Under the pieces are notes generated by a model. The model was not told where the DNA came from, did no database searches, and saw only the letters and a program-made list of their open reading frames with translations. A stretch of 64,000 nt of DNA from IMG/VR virus record IMGVR_UViG_3300035208_005087, positions 1 through 64,000 of that record; one strand, written 5' to 3'. Positions 48,764 to 59,200 of the stretch are shown in pieces. Within the stretch, counting starts at the first letter, position 1, and each line of letters starts with the position of its first letter. This stretch comes from a virus. Its lineage: Duplodnaviria > Caudoviricetes. A program made the translations under genes and the position numbers.

Positions 48764-51121
48764 CTATTCTATCTCGGAAACCTTTGTGGCTACTGTGTCT
48801 TCCCTGTTATCTACGGACCCTGTCGTGATTTCTGATCTTTCTTCTTCCCCAGTAATATTAGCAATTCTTTCTGCCAAGGTGCTTTGGCCGCTTTTAGAAT
48901 CCTTGATAGTGGTGTCTTCTCCTAGGATTAATGTCGCCCCGTACGGGAAACCCCCTATATGTTGGAACCCATTCACATCCGTAAACGGATGGGTATCATC
49001 AGTATATCTCACCAGTTCGGTAAGGGTGCCGTTTGCATATTGTTGTGTAAATGTTTCTTTTGTGGCATCTGCCGCCGCAGACTCGACCAACTGTGTGTAG
49101 GCCGCCGAGCGAACTACATTCCAAAAACCGGGATTTGGAGAGGATATAAGGTTATTAGTCTTAGCAAATTTCTCTAACGCCGAGGACTCCCTGCTGTACA
49201 CATCGTTTGGTGATGCCTCTTTTCTTGTACCCTTCTCCACCTCTGATATGGCCTCCGCCTCTAAATTTTTTTGGGTGTCTTTGGCTTTATACCTTCGGTC
49301 CACATCCTTAGCCTGTTCCTTCGCATCTCTCGCTTCTGTCTCCGCCTTGTATATATACCCCTTGAGCAAGCGGCCCTGGTCGTCATATACTCTCTCCCTT
49401 TTAGCGGACAATGTCAGGGTCGTAGAGGCCTTGGACCCGAAGGATATACTGTGCTGTATCCCTTTTATATAATAGTAAACATCCATGTGCTCGATATATA
49501 CGGGATACCCCAGACGAAGTTCCGGCCTGCAAGCTATAGTTATAGTTGCTGAGAAAACATTAGAATTGGCCTTGGCCATCTCTGAACACGCCATCGCCCT
49601 TAATGACTTAGGGTTACTACCGAATGTAAGGTTTACTGTTTTTTCCCGTATACCAAATCTCTCCATTAGAGCAAAGTCCACGTGGTACGCAACGTACGGA
49701 GTGATTTTTCCTGTTTGAATGATGGGGCCCGTCACTTCTAAATATGTGACGACATTAGTGCTATCCTCCGCGATATCCATGCTTTCTATGTCTTCCGCCT
49801 TTATTGTGTATATCGTGTTCCTAGATACATCCATATTATAAAAAGGAGGCTTAAACACAAACATACCATTAGGGTCTTGGTAGAACTCAAAATTTATACT
49901 ACCCGCTACGTATGAAGCCATCTCTAACTTAGTCATTCGGACCGGTTCATTGCCTACTTGGTATTCTTCGAAATTCGCAAAAGGTAAGGCCTCACCTATT
50001 AAATCGAACTGCACACTGAGCCCCACTCCCGGTTGTTGCAGATGCTTAGCCATATACACCAAGTCTCCTTGGTTGGCGGGGTCTGTGTTCTTACTTGAGA
50101 CTGTTTCCGCCTCTAGAACATCCTGTTGACTATTTTCCGCTGTATTATTGGACCCCTCCTGCCCAGGGTCTTGCCCCGTTACAGATACACCAGACGTACG
50201 GGCGTTAGCAGCCAATTTCTCCGCAATCTTGTTAGCCTCTACCAAATCAAAGTCTTGGGAGCTTTTGCTGATGTCTAGGGCGCCACTTACCCCGTACATC
50301 TCCAAATTAGACGTGAACCTTGGGTCAGCCCCGTTATTCGTATCTGTCTTTGTTGCAGAACCGAAACCATACCTATCATTCCAATCCTTAATTATCCCTC
50401 CAGCAATTAACTCGTAGGCTCCTGTATCTGTGCCATTATCATTAACTTGATAGGGCAGGGACAGAGGTGGTATCCCGTTTTCCGAGAAAGACGGAAACAC
50501 AAAATTCTCAAAAGAAGTTCTTTTGAATAAATTCAAAATTATTTCCCAGGGATTCATGAATCTATATATTGACCCAGCATGCCCCACTGCCGGTGCGCCA
50601 AAGCGTTGCTGTACCGGTGACGCCACCACATTCACTATCTGGTCCTCCCACCAACTGAGGGTATCCCGGCAGGATAAAGTTATCTGTGCCTCATTACCAT
50701 TAAAGGACTCATTGATAGTTCTCACAACCCCCCAAAAGGTGGGGTAATATATAGGGGTTCCATCTTTTCCTAGGTAGCGACCCTTCGTGTAGACCCTCAC
50801 CTCCATCATGGTTTGGAAGAACCCTATTTTAACCCCATTAGGCTGCGTTAAATAATAACTTTCATTCAAACTATCATACATAGGGCACACGAAGGAAATA
50901 GAACACGTGCCCGCCCCTGGTTGGGTTGCTGCAGAAGAGGTTATACCTGTTAGCCCCGATTTAAAGTCTAACTCTTTGGTGCGCGTTTCTACCGAGTTTA
51001 CTCTCGAGAGAAGCACCCTCGCACGGTCTTTGCCCATAACAAGAACGAAAGAGTCTGGACCAAGTTTAAGAACTTCCTTACTTTTGAATTCGTTTAGAGA
51101 GTAAATTCCTTTATTTGCCAC
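48764..51121 (-). CDS. Baseplate hub protein (gp27/late control D-like)
   Basis: FWGVV, ITLSCRD, FEFYQDPNG.FVFKPPFYN, RPELRLGYPV, YYIKGIQHS motifs. Confidence 0.75.
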   Translation of the reverse strand: MANKGIYSLNEFKSKEVLKLGPDSFVLVMGKDRARVLLSRVNSVETRTKELDFKSGLTGITSSAATQPGAGTCSISFVCPMYDSLNESYYLTQPNGVKIGFFQTMMEVRVYTKGRYLGKDGTPIYYPTFWGVVRTINESFNGNEAQITLSCRDTLSWWEDQIVNVVASPVQQRFGAPAVGHAGSIYRFMNPWEIILNLFKRTSFENFVFPSFSENGIPPLSLPYQVNDNGTDTGAYELIAGGIIKDWNDRYGFGSATKTDTNNGADPRFTSNLEMYGVSGALDISKSSQDFDLVEANKIAEKLAANARTSGVSVTGQDPGQEGSNNTAENSQQDVLEAETVSSKNTDPANQGDLVYMAKHLQQPGVGLSVQFDLIGEALPFANFEEYQVGNEPVRMTKLEMASYVAGSINFEFYQDPNGMFVFKPPFYNMDVSRNTIYTIKAEDIESMDIAEDSTNVVTYLEVTGPIIQTGKITPYVAYHVDFALMERFGIREKTVNLTFGSNPKSLRAMACSEMAKANSNVFSATITIACRPELRLGYPVYIEHMDVYYYIKGIQHSISFGSKASTTLTLSAKRERVYDDQGRLLKGYIYKAETEARDAKEQAKDVDRRYKAKDTQKNLEAEAISEVEKGTRKEASPNDVYSRESSALEKFAKTNNLISSPNPGFWNVVRSAAYTQLVESAAADATKETFTQQYANGTLTELVRYTDDTHPFTDVNGFQHIGGFPYGATLILGEDTTIKDSKSGQSTLAERIANITGEEERSEITTGSVDNREDTVATKVSEIE

Positions 51122-51129
51122 GCTGTCCT

Positions 51130-52512
51130 CTATGCCCCCTTAGCTTTCCCTGCGTAGCTTCTGCTTAGGCTAGGGTTGTATTCCATGTGTATATGTTCTG
51201 TGTCCTTTCCTCTAGGATGCCAGTACACCCATATCTCCCCTTCCGTTACCTGAGCTATTTGACGTACTATTATCTCCCGAAGATAATAAGGATATACCTG
51301 GTTTATTCGGATGTCTATAGCCAAGCCTTCATAATGTTTGGACCCTTGGACGTGTTCGCTGTCTAATGCGCTGGTTAGCACAGGAGGAAACCATCCACTA
51401 GTATCCTGCCCCGCTGCTTGAGCTATTTCGGCAGCCTCCTGAAACGCCCCATATACATTAGGGATCACTGAAGATATTTCTGTACGCAACCCACCGTAAT
51501 TAACTGTGCTATCTTTTATTCGGAGTTTACCCTCCTTTATAAAACCCTCAATGTAGCCCCCTACGGACCCAAGGGTAGCTCCGCTGTAACCTCTTCCCGG
51601 GACTTTTTCAATCTTAGCTAGAAGCTCCTTGTCTATCCCCAAAGTGTAGACAAAAGATGTGCCTTGTTTCCCTATACGTATCCCTGTATTGTTATTCGTA
51701 TCGGAATGCATGTGCCCTGTTATTCTATCCCCTTTCAATCCCGAGATAATAAACTCAAAAGAGTAATTAAATTTAAAGGGACTCTCAGCACTACTCTCTA
51801 ATGTAAAAGCCTGAAAAGACCCTAGGTACCCCGTACCATCGTATGTCACCAGGACATTATCCATTACATGCACTACTCTGTTCTTATCCACCCCTGTCAG
51901 AAGGTTTAGGTGGGAGGGTGTCACCCTTCTTTGGGAGGATGCGGGGTTTTCTCCACTACTAGTGATTTCCTTTTCCTCCACCGGTGCCGTAGTGTCCCCC
52001 TTTTGCTCTTGCTTAGGGTCGGTGCTAGAGGGCGCCTTAGGGCTCACCGTGTAATAACCGTTATGCCTTATCATGGCCAGGAAAGACATTAGGTTAGCAA
52101 AAGCCAATGTGTCCTTCCTAGCATTAATAGGGGTCGTACCAGCTAACCCTCCCTTTGCAGTGAAAAAAGCAGCGGAAGACCCGTTGCCCGTTATAGTACC
52201 CTGAGCAGGCCCCCATAACGTCACTATGTGGGAGTCTCTACCATATGAGCTGCTTTGCATCTGAGTAGAACCGAAATTTACATCCGAGGGGTTTATTAAT
52301 AACCTCAAGGTGCCACCGACTATATTCCCGTCCCCATCTTGCATCGCAATTTGAAAGGGTAACACCCCCTTACTCGTTGTTATTTTCGTCGCGGAGGAGA
52401 CATTGTTAGGCACTCCGTTTACTGACGGACTAAAGGACCCTTGCAACCCCTCTAATTGAGGATTGTTTGCTAGCCACTTAGCTACTAATTTATCTACGTT
52501 CACGTCCGCCAT
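51130..52512 (-). CDS. Tube-initiator-like baseplate protein fused to a C-terminal M15-type Zn peptidase
   Basis: LLINPS...YLGSFQAFT..SPFKFNYSFEF; C-terminal SKHYEGLAID (HX6D) and HIH (HxH). Confidence 0.7.
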   Translation of the reverse strand: MADVNVDKLVAKWLANNPQLEGLQGSFSPSVNGVPNNVSSATKITTSKGVLPFQIAMQDGDGNIVGGTLRLLINPSDVNFGSTQMQSSSYGRDSHIVTLWGPAQGTITGNGSSAAFFTAKGGLAGTTPINARKDTLAFANLMSFLAMIRHNGYYTVSPKAPSSTDPKQEQKGDTTAPVEEKEITSSGENPASSQRRVTPSHLNLLTGVDKNRVVHVMDNVLVTYDGTGYLGSFQAFTLESSAESPFKFNYSFEFIISGLKGDRITGHMHSDTNNNTGIRIGKQGTSFVYTLGIDKELLAKIEKVPGRGYSGATLGSVGGYIEGFIKEGKLRIKDSTVNYGGLRTEISSVIPNVYGAFQEAAEIAQAAGQDTSGWFPPVLTSALDSEHVQGSKHYEGLAIDIRINQVYPYYLREIIVRQIAQVTEGEIWVYWHPRGKDTEHIHMEYNPSLSRSYAGKAKGA

Positions 52513-53721
52513 CTATAGCCACCTTGTGTACTCTGACTTAAAAGATACATTATAATTCAAGGCATAAGGAGAAGATGCATCCTCTGTTACATCAAAGGAC
52601 TCAAAGAACCCGATAAATTCCGCGAAGTCACATCTTATTCGTATGTAGAGCCGTTGCTTTATGAAACCTACCCTTGGGTGCCTCCTTACAATCTGTGGCT
52701 GGGAGGGGTTTGCGTAATTAAAAAACTCCCTAGGTACCTCATTCTTATCATCTATTCTTTCCTGCTGGTAAACAGCTCCATTCATCTTGTATATATTAAC
52801 AAGATGTTGCAGTTCCTTAAAAGGTTCTGTCATACCCCTGCTTTCTACACAGAGACCTCCCCCTACCCTTTCCCCCTCTCCTGGGAACCTTATAAAAGCA
52901 AAGGTGCTTCCATTGAAGTTGACCATATCCATCTCATCACCCCAGTGCTCCTCTACCCACCTCGTTAGGGTTTGAGTCCTACTGATGATTTTAGACCCGT
53001 TTATGACTAGGGAGGCTGGAGACATGTTTAGTTTTAAGGAACTGATCTTAACCCCTTCTGGCCCCTCTATGTCTACTCTTTCCGGACGCCCCATAACACC
53101 CGTAGGGGCTACCATTTCTACTAGGAAATAATCCCCCTCTGGTCTTCTTCGTGCCATGCTGTCCGCCTTGTACCATGTAAGAGGGGTTTCAGAGGGAGTG
53201 TCACCCTCGTCCTCGGAGGCTTCGCTGGTATCGTTTAAATCTCTTACAATACCCTCTTGTATATTGTTGGAGGGGCTGAATGTGGCGATGATGAACTCTT
53301 GATCCTTTACAGGGATGGCCCTAACTAGAGCATTGAAGTCTTCTTTAAACAGATACGCAGGGGTTTCATTAAGAATGTCCTGTAAAGCTGTTTGATAGTA
53401 TTCAGGGTACCAAGGGGACTCAATTGCTATACCCCCCTCGACAAATCTACCATTATCTATTTCCGGTAACTCTAGCATCTGAGTGCCATACACATAAGGT
53501 ACTCCCTCACCTCTCCCTGTTACGTACATTTCTAAGCCCTGCGCATCTACTCCAAGGTCAGATAAACCCGACAGCGTTCTCACATCGAATACAAGTCTGC
53601 GGAGGTATGTCTCATATGTCCTGTAGTTAAAACCCGGAACTCTTTCCTTTAGGTAATCATTTACCACATCAAAGGGATAGAGAGGGTTGTCTGGGGTTAC
53701 TTGTTGTGTACGATAACCCAT
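52513..53721 (-). CDS. Tube-initiator-like baseplate protein
   Basis: LNMSPAS, EEHWGD, FIGFFESFDV..SPYALNYNVSF; similar to the adjacent gene. Confidence 0.6.
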   Translation of the reverse strand: MGYRTQQVTPDNPLYPFDVVNDYLKERVPGFNYRTYETYLRRLVFDVRTLSGLSDLGVDAQGLEMYVTGRGEGVPYVYGTQMLELPEIDNGRFVEGGIAIESPWYPEYYQTALQDILNETPAYLFKEDFNALVRAIPVKDQEFIIATFSPSNNIQEGIVRDLNDTSEASEDEGDTPSETPLTWYKADSMARRRPEGDYFLVEMVAPTGVMGRPERVDIEGPEGVKISSLKLNMSPASLVINGSKIISRTQTLTRWVEEHWGDEMDMVNFNGSTFAFIRFPGEGERVGGGLCVESRGMTEPFKELQHLVNIYKMNGAVYQQERIDDKNEVPREFFNYANPSQPQIVRRHPRVGFIKQRLYIRIRCDFAEFIGFFESFDVTEDASSPYALNYNVSFKSEYTRWL

Positions 53722-56633
53722 TAGTGCGTACCCTCCCTACTATTCTTACCTTCTAGTGTGGCTTTAGACTTGACGGTACTGCTCCCATTAGAATTTATCG
53801 TGGAGTCTATTTTAACATCTAACTTCTGTTGAGCGGAAGACCCAACAGGACCCCTTGATATTATTTCCTTCAGCTTACTTAGCTCCTCCTGTTTTGTAAA
53901 GAGCAGCTCTTGCCTACCTTGTTGTATGCCCGTCTGTTGATCCGCTCTTAGAGAGCCTCCTTCCAGTATCTCATTGGTATGCTTGGTTTCCTCCCCAACC
54001 TTAGTGAAAAGAGCTTTCTCCACCTTTCCCCCTAGAAGTTTATTGAAGTTTTCTAAGGCTTTCTTGTCACTCCCCTTGTCCCAGTTTCCGAGCATTAGTG
54101 ACCCCGTGATATCCTCTTTGGTCTCCTCACCCAAGGAACTCCCCTCTACCATCTTTACATATTTATCCCGTATGTTATATATCTCATCCCTGGTTACGCC
54201 CTCCTTGGTCTTTGCCTTGTCAGTAAGGTCTGTAAGCTCCTTTCTTAAGGCCCCTGCGTCTTTAAGATCTTTTGTGGTGCCTCTCATCTCTTCTAAATGC
54301 TCTTGGACAGGATCCCCTCCAAAAAATTCTTTTGTTAATACACCTAGGATGTCCGTTACGCCCGTTCGGATTGCTGCAGAAATACCCACCATCGTTTGCA
54401 TGGCTTTACTGTCCGATAAACTATAAACTATAGAGTCCTTGGCTATTTGTGTCATCTTCTCAAGGGGCGTTAATGCCTCTATCATTTTATCTTGACCCTC
54501 GACGGTGAGCTCCTCTCCTTCGAAACCCCTTCCAGCTTTAGCGGACTGTCCGATAACCTTCTCTGCAAAAAGGTCTATGCTGCCTAAGCCTCCTTTTTTC
54601 CCTTCCTGTATATTTTTTATCGCGGAAGAAAGACGGTCTCCCACGGCTACCGCATCTGTTTTTAGCAGCCCTGCTAAATCCTCGGAGTCCACCCCGTAGT
54701 AAGCTAAGTCTTCCCTTGCCTTCTGTATTTCCTCTTCGGTGGCTTTTGATCCTTTCTGCAAGATTTCTGCTATGTCTTGTAAGTAGCCCAACTGTTCCTG
54801 TTTTTCTTCCCCTTCTTCTAGTCCCTGTACCTCTGCCAAAGCCCTGTTCATTTGGTCAAACGGTTCTTTTGCTTTGGACGCTACAGACAGCAATGCCCTA
54901 TTCATTTGATCCATCATCTCATTCGAGATACCTAACCCTGTATAATCTTGGTATAACCCACTACCTTTTGTAGTCGCATCCAGTAGGCTCCCTTGCCCCC
55001 CTGTTAACATCCGTAACGTTTCTAGAAGCATTTCTGGGGAATCCTCCGCTCCCTTTATCTTTAACATCTGAGCCATGCCCGATGCTTGGTCGGTGATACC
55101 CGCTAATTTTTCTAATTGTAGTATATTAACTTGATACCTATCCCTCTCTTCCTCGGTAGTAGCTCCTTTTAACTTTTCTTTCTGTGAGGCCAGCATCTGC
55201 CCTCTAAAGTCTTCGTAGTTTACCCCTTTATTCAGCATCTGAGACCCTAGTGTGACCCCTTGGATATGAGACATATTTGCTGTCCAAGAAGCCATATCCG
55301 CCCCTAACTTCGCACCCCCTTCCTGTGTCATGCCCGCATTTTTGCTCATCTTCTTCACAGCGTTGGCCGCCTCCCCCGTAAAGTTACCATATGTAGCCAT
55401 TGCCATGGTAGACTGCAAAACATACTGATAAAATTTATTTGTCTCTATTCCCGCTACTTTTGCCCCTTTGGCTACCTCTAGCATACCCTCTTGTACAGTC
55501 TGTAACCCTGAACGCATTTCCTGAGACTGTTCCGCAAATATTTCTCCGGTGATATCCATAGTCATCCCTAGGGTAAGGCTAGACCTGCGAACTGTTTCCA
55601 TAACATCGCCCATGTAACCCAACTTACTCCCAGTCGCCTCCAAGGTCATACCTGCATTAGCCATACTGCTGAACATGGCATTCCACTCATTATGGTCCAC
55701 CCCTAGTGAAACATTCCTAGCAATGTCCCGTATCTCTACATTATATTCCTTGGATAACCGGGAAAATTCTCCCCCCGCGAACTGTGCTCCTGCTATCTTT
55801 TGATAGTCCGCACGGGCTCCTTTCACTAAGCGGTCAGCAGAGTTTACCATGTCATTCAACTTGCTTAACCCCGCTACGACCCCCGATACAACTGGTACTA
55901 GTTTACTGGCTCCAGCTATAAGTGCCCCAGCCCCTTTCATAGCCCCACCCATCTTCACTTTACCCGCATCTTGGAGAAGGCCTCCCTTCTGCTTCAGCAT
56001 CTCCCCTTGGACACGCCAACCTTTGCCTGTACCATCCTGCCACCCCTCTTTAATATCAGAGAGACCAGCCTTCGACGCTTTCATCTTTGCTAAAAGACCT
56101 TTACCTACCACCCTGTCATCTATTTTATCTATCTCCGCAGCAATTTCTTTGACCCTTTTCGCAGTATCCTTTTTGTCCTTTTCTGAAAACAACGATATGG
56201 GGTTAATATCCCCTCCGTTCCGTTGTATCACATTGATGGCCTTAGTGGCCTCCGCCGCCTGCCTCTCGAACTCGTTTACCACCTTACGACTAGTCACAGA
56301 AATTAAACCCTGTAACTCTTTAAAGGTCTCGGGTATCTCCTCTAGCTGGTCTTCCCAGGATCTCTGTAAGTCTCGGACTTCTTTTTTTAACTTTCTTGTG
56401 GTGCTTAATTGTTCTTTAAGATCTTTTGTTAAAGACTCTTCGACCCCGTAGAGGTCCTCCGTCCTGCCTACCCTTTCCTCTTCCTCGCTATTAATAGCCT
56501 TTAGCAAATCCTTCTGCTGTAAAAGGGTCCGAACATCTTTTTCCCGTACCCCCGATGCTTTACTTAACTTCTCAACGGTTTTGTCAAGTTCCTCGTTGGT
56601 TCTCTTAATGTTCTCAGGATTTAACTCAGCCAC
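53721..56633 (-). CDS. Tail tape measure protein
   Basis: 970-aa helical Ala/Gly/Lys/Glu-rich protein in the canonical position after tube and chaperones. Confidence 0.8.
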   Translation of the reverse strand: MAELNPENIKRTNEELDKTVEKLSKASGVREKDVRTLLQQKDLLKAINSEEEERVGRTEDLYGVEESLTKDLKEQLSTTRKLKKEVRDLQRSWEDQLEEIPETFKELQGLISVTSRKVVNEFERQAAEATKAINVIQRNGGDINPISLFSEKDKKDTAKRVKEIAAEIDKIDDRVVGKGLLAKMKASKAGLSDIKEGWQDGTGKGWRVQGEMLKQKGGLLQDAGKVKMGGAMKGAGALIAGASKLVPVVSGVVAGLSKLNDMVNSADRLVKGARADYQKIAGAQFAGGEFSRLSKEYNVEIRDIARNVSLGVDHNEWNAMFSSMANAGMTLEATGSKLGYMGDVMETVRRSSLTLGMTMDITGEIFAEQSQEMRSGLQTVQEGMLEVAKGAKVAGIETNKFYQYVLQSTMAMATYGNFTGEAANAVKKMSKNAGMTQEGGAKLGADMASWTANMSHIQGVTLGSQMLNKGVNYEDFRGQMLASQKEKLKGATTEEERDRYQVNILQLEKLAGITDQASGMAQMLKIKGAEDSPEMLLETLRMLTGGQGSLLDATTKGSGLYQDYTGLGISNEMMDQMNRALLSVASKAKEPFDQMNRALAEVQGLEEGEEKQEQLGYLQDIAEILQKGSKATEEEIQKAREDLAYYGVDSEDLAGLLKTDAVAVGDRLSSAIKNIQEGKKGGLGSIDLFAEKVIGQSAKAGRGFEGEELTVEGQDKMIEALTPLEKMTQIAKDSIVYSLSDSKAMQTMVGISAAIRTGVTDILGVLTKEFFGGDPVQEHLEEMRGTTKDLKDAGALRKELTDLTDKAKTKEGVTRDEIYNIRDKYVKMVEGSSLGEETKEDITGSLMLGNWDKGSDKKALENFNKLLGGKVEKALFTKVGEETKHTNEILEGGSLRADQQTGIQQGRQELLFTKQEELSKLKEIISRGPVGSSAQQKLDVKIDSTINSNGSSTVKSKATLEGKNSREGTH

Positions 56634-56648
56634 CTTTGTCTCCTTAAC

Positions 56649-57704
56649 CTACCCGCGAGGTCTTAATACTCTCTTTCCCACATTAGAAGCCTTCCCTTCT
56701 TCCGAGGGAGAAGTCTCAAATCTCTTTGCTGCTAAAGAGTAAAGGTCCGTCTCACCCTTCTCCAAGGATTCCAGCTCTTCTTTTGTCAAATCAAAACTTC
56801 CTGAGAAATTAGGACTTTCTACACGACGGGCCCTTATCTCGGCAAGCTCCTCTTCTTCTTTTCTCTTTCTCTCTAGCATGTCTTTTCTTAACTTACCTAA
56901 GTACTCGTCCATAAAAAGATCATGCTTATCTTTTTTCCCAGTCATCTGCCTGTTTAACTCCTCCACCAAATCCTTTGTAGTGGATAAGCTAGCTGCCCAA
57001 GTGTCCTTCTTCTCTGTAGAGTTCCCCTCTATTAAGTCTTTATGCGCTAGGCTCCCAAACTCCACTAGGATGGCGCGCTCTTCCTCCCGCATCTTTTTGC
57101 GGGACTCTACTTTTTGTTGAGTTTTCTGAACACCCTTGGGGTTCGTTGCAGATGCAACATACATAGCGTCCGACAGGTTCTCCTCATATGCCTCTTCCTC
57201 ATCCAAGGACATATTAGTTAATGCCCACGCATCCACATATTCACTTACACCTACATAGGAGGCTCCCCATATACCGGTGCTTTCATCCGTAATATCAGCT
57301 TTTCTCCCCTTCAATCTCCACAGTATCCTAGACCTTTGGGATAAAACAAAACCGTCTATGAGACGGTAATACCTCTTATACCTGTGCTGCAACTTTATTG
57401 CCACCTCTTCTATGTGGGTGAGCATCTCTAAAGGTAGGGCCTTATACATAGCCACTATCTCCTCTAGACGCTTCGTCCTCTCCCCTAGTATGGACACCCC
57501 TTTGACCATGTAGGTGGCATAGGCCAATCTGTATAATCTAAAGTCCCAGAGGGTCTTACCGAAAGAATGCTGTCGCACTAAGGACATCTCTAAAGGAGAC
57601 AAAGTCTTAACAATAAAAGGAGTACCCTCCACAGATACACCAGCTATGTCAAAGCCCCTCTCGATGACCCCCTCGATTACCCGATAGGCCGCACCTACAT
57701 CCAT
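56649..57704 (-). CDS. Putative tail assembly chaperone
   Basis: Position between tube and tape measure; charged helical C-terminus. Confidence 0.55.
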   Translation of the reverse strand: MDVGAAYRVIEGVIERGFDIAGVSVEGTPFIVKTLSPLEMSLVRQHSFGKTLWDFRLYRLAYATYMVKGVSILGERTKRLEEIVAMYKALPLEMLTHIEEVAIKLQHRYKRYYRLIDGFVLSQRSRILWRLKGRKADITDESTGIWGASYVGVSEYVDAWALTNMSLDEEEAYEENLSDAMYVASATNPKGVQKTQQKVESRKKMREEERAILVEFGSLAHKDLIEGNSTEKKDTWAASLSTTKDLVEELNRQMTGKKDKHDLFMDEYLGKLRKDMLERKRKEEEELAEIRARRVESPNFSGSFDLTKEELESLEKGETDLYSLAAKRFETSPSEEGKASNVGKRVLRPRG

Positions 57705-57712
57705 AGCCCTAC

Positions 57713-58285
57713 CTAACTTTCTTTAGGAGTGGTAAAGGACCCCTCCTCGGCATGCTCCGGAGTCTCCTGCACCTTTTCTAGTACTTTCTTTCGGCGCTCT
57801 TTCTCTAAGGTTTCCATTGCTTTGAGCTCCTCTTCTTCTTCCTTCTCTTTAGCTAAGAGATCTTCCCCGAACCACTCATAGGTCACAGAATCTCGTACAG
57901 TTTCCCGGAAACGTCTTTTAAGGTCAGTCGCAAGAGTGTATAATACATCCAAAATGCTTCTAGGCCATGTGACTATATCTTCCATGAGATACACAACCTT
58001 TTCGTACTCGGTGCCATCCTCTCCCTTAATAATATCTGGGATAACTTCCCCGTCTATAGCATAAAGCATAGACGCAACAGTCCTAGCCCGTATGTTTTGT
58101 AGGGCGCTAAAGACTTCAGACGTGTCTTGTTTGTCTTGTGCTTTGGTAGAGTACTCTGCTATAATGTACTCGTCTTTTGTGCTAGAAGGGGTGAAGGTAT
58201 ATTTGGTACCAAAAACCTCTGCGTCGATTATATTCTTTTTGGCCTTTAGATTTTCTTGAATCAAAGCCAGATACTTGCTACCCAT
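57713..58285 (-). CDS. Putative tail assembly chaperone
   Basis: Position immediately after the tube gene. Confidence 0.55.
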   Translation of the reverse strand: MGSKYLALIQENLKAKKNIIDAEVFGTKYTFTPSSTKDEYIIAEYSTKAQDKQDTSEVFSALQNIRARTVASMLYAIDGEVIPDIIKGEDGTEYEKVVYLMEDIVTWPRSILDVLYTLATDLKRRFRETVRDSVTYEWFGEDLLAKEKEEEEELKAMETLEKERRKKVLEKVQETPEHAEEGSFTTPKES

Positions 58286-58437
58286 GTTTTATCTCCTATG
58301 CTTATGTTTCTTTGCAACTACGATAATAGCGATAGGACGGTAGCCTAAATGTATGTTCTGTTTGTTATATACATGACTCCTGTTTTCCTGGAGTCTATAG
58401 CGCTTACACGCCTTATCTTATTTCGTATTTTTTATTT

Positions 58438-58471
58438 AAAATAAACCCCTCCAAGATCGTTCTCGGAGGGG
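58438..58471 (-). terminator. Rho-independent terminator after the tail tube gene
   Basis: CCCCTCCGAGA-ACGA-TCTTGGAGGGG followed by TTTATTTT. Confidence 0.8.
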
Positions 58472-58491
58472 GCTACCTTTCTATCTCCGTC

Positions 58492-59172
58492 TTACCCGCC
58501 AATGGCTGGTTCGGAAAACCTTACTGAAGTAAGCTTGTTACCTGTGTCGATAACTTCGTCAGTGATAACCTGGTTAGTGCCGTCATACACATCTGAAACC
58601 ATCATAGAGCAGTTTTCTTGCACTAAAGCTGAGTCAGAGGAGTAGCTGGTGCTCCAATCTTGAAACCAACAACCTTCCATAAAGGTTACTAACGCACTTA
58701 ATTCACTAACACCAGTTGCCTCACTAGTAATCAAATCAGACGACATGTGGTCTGAAACTACTTCAGAGAAAACTGTTTCTTTTTTAATATCAAAAGGCCA
58801 ACGGTGGTGCTTCAACGACCGTACAAGACCAGCAACCCCACCCTTGTACCCAAACACTTGATAAATGTTTGAGAGGTATTGAGCTGTTCTGGTGATGCTA
58901 ATAGTCATTGGCTCCGTAAGGCCTGGGATTACTTCTGCGATTTGGTCGCCATAGCCTATACCTCGTATAGGTTCCATAGACCGTGATTCGCTTGGGTCGT
59001 AAGACGCGATTACCCCTACCTGTACAAGACCCTCAGAAGCAGAGCTATCCGCATCATCACCAATTACAGTGGGCCGTGCAAAAATCTTGGTCTTAGAAGA
59101 TATTTCCGAAACCGTATTAGGGGATACACCCTTTCGAACTACATAGGTGTCCTGTTCACTAGATAAAGCCAT
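58492..59172 (-). CDS. Tail tube protein
   Basis: ESRSMEPIRGIGYGD, ISITRT, WPFDI, EGCWF motifs; follows the sheath gene. Confidence 0.8.
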   Translation of the reverse strand: MALSSEQDTYVVRKGVSPNTVSEISSKTKIFARPTVIGDDADSSASEGLVQVGVIASYDPSESRSMEPIRGIGYGDQIAEVIPGLTEPMTISITRTAQYLSNIYQVFGYKGGVAGLVRSLKHHRWPFDIKKETVFSEVVSDHMSSDLITSEATGVSELSALVTFMEGCWFQDWSTSYSSDSALVQENCSMMVSDVYDGTNQVITDEVIDTGNKLTSVRFSEPAIGG

Positions 59173-59200
59173 CTGTCTTTCCCTCGCTTAAAAAATGTAC

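Noticed and set aside
56649-58285. Programmed frameshift between tail chaperone genes
   Set aside because: The two ORFs are separate, each with its own ATG and an 8-nt gap; no convincing slippery heptamer seen at the junction.
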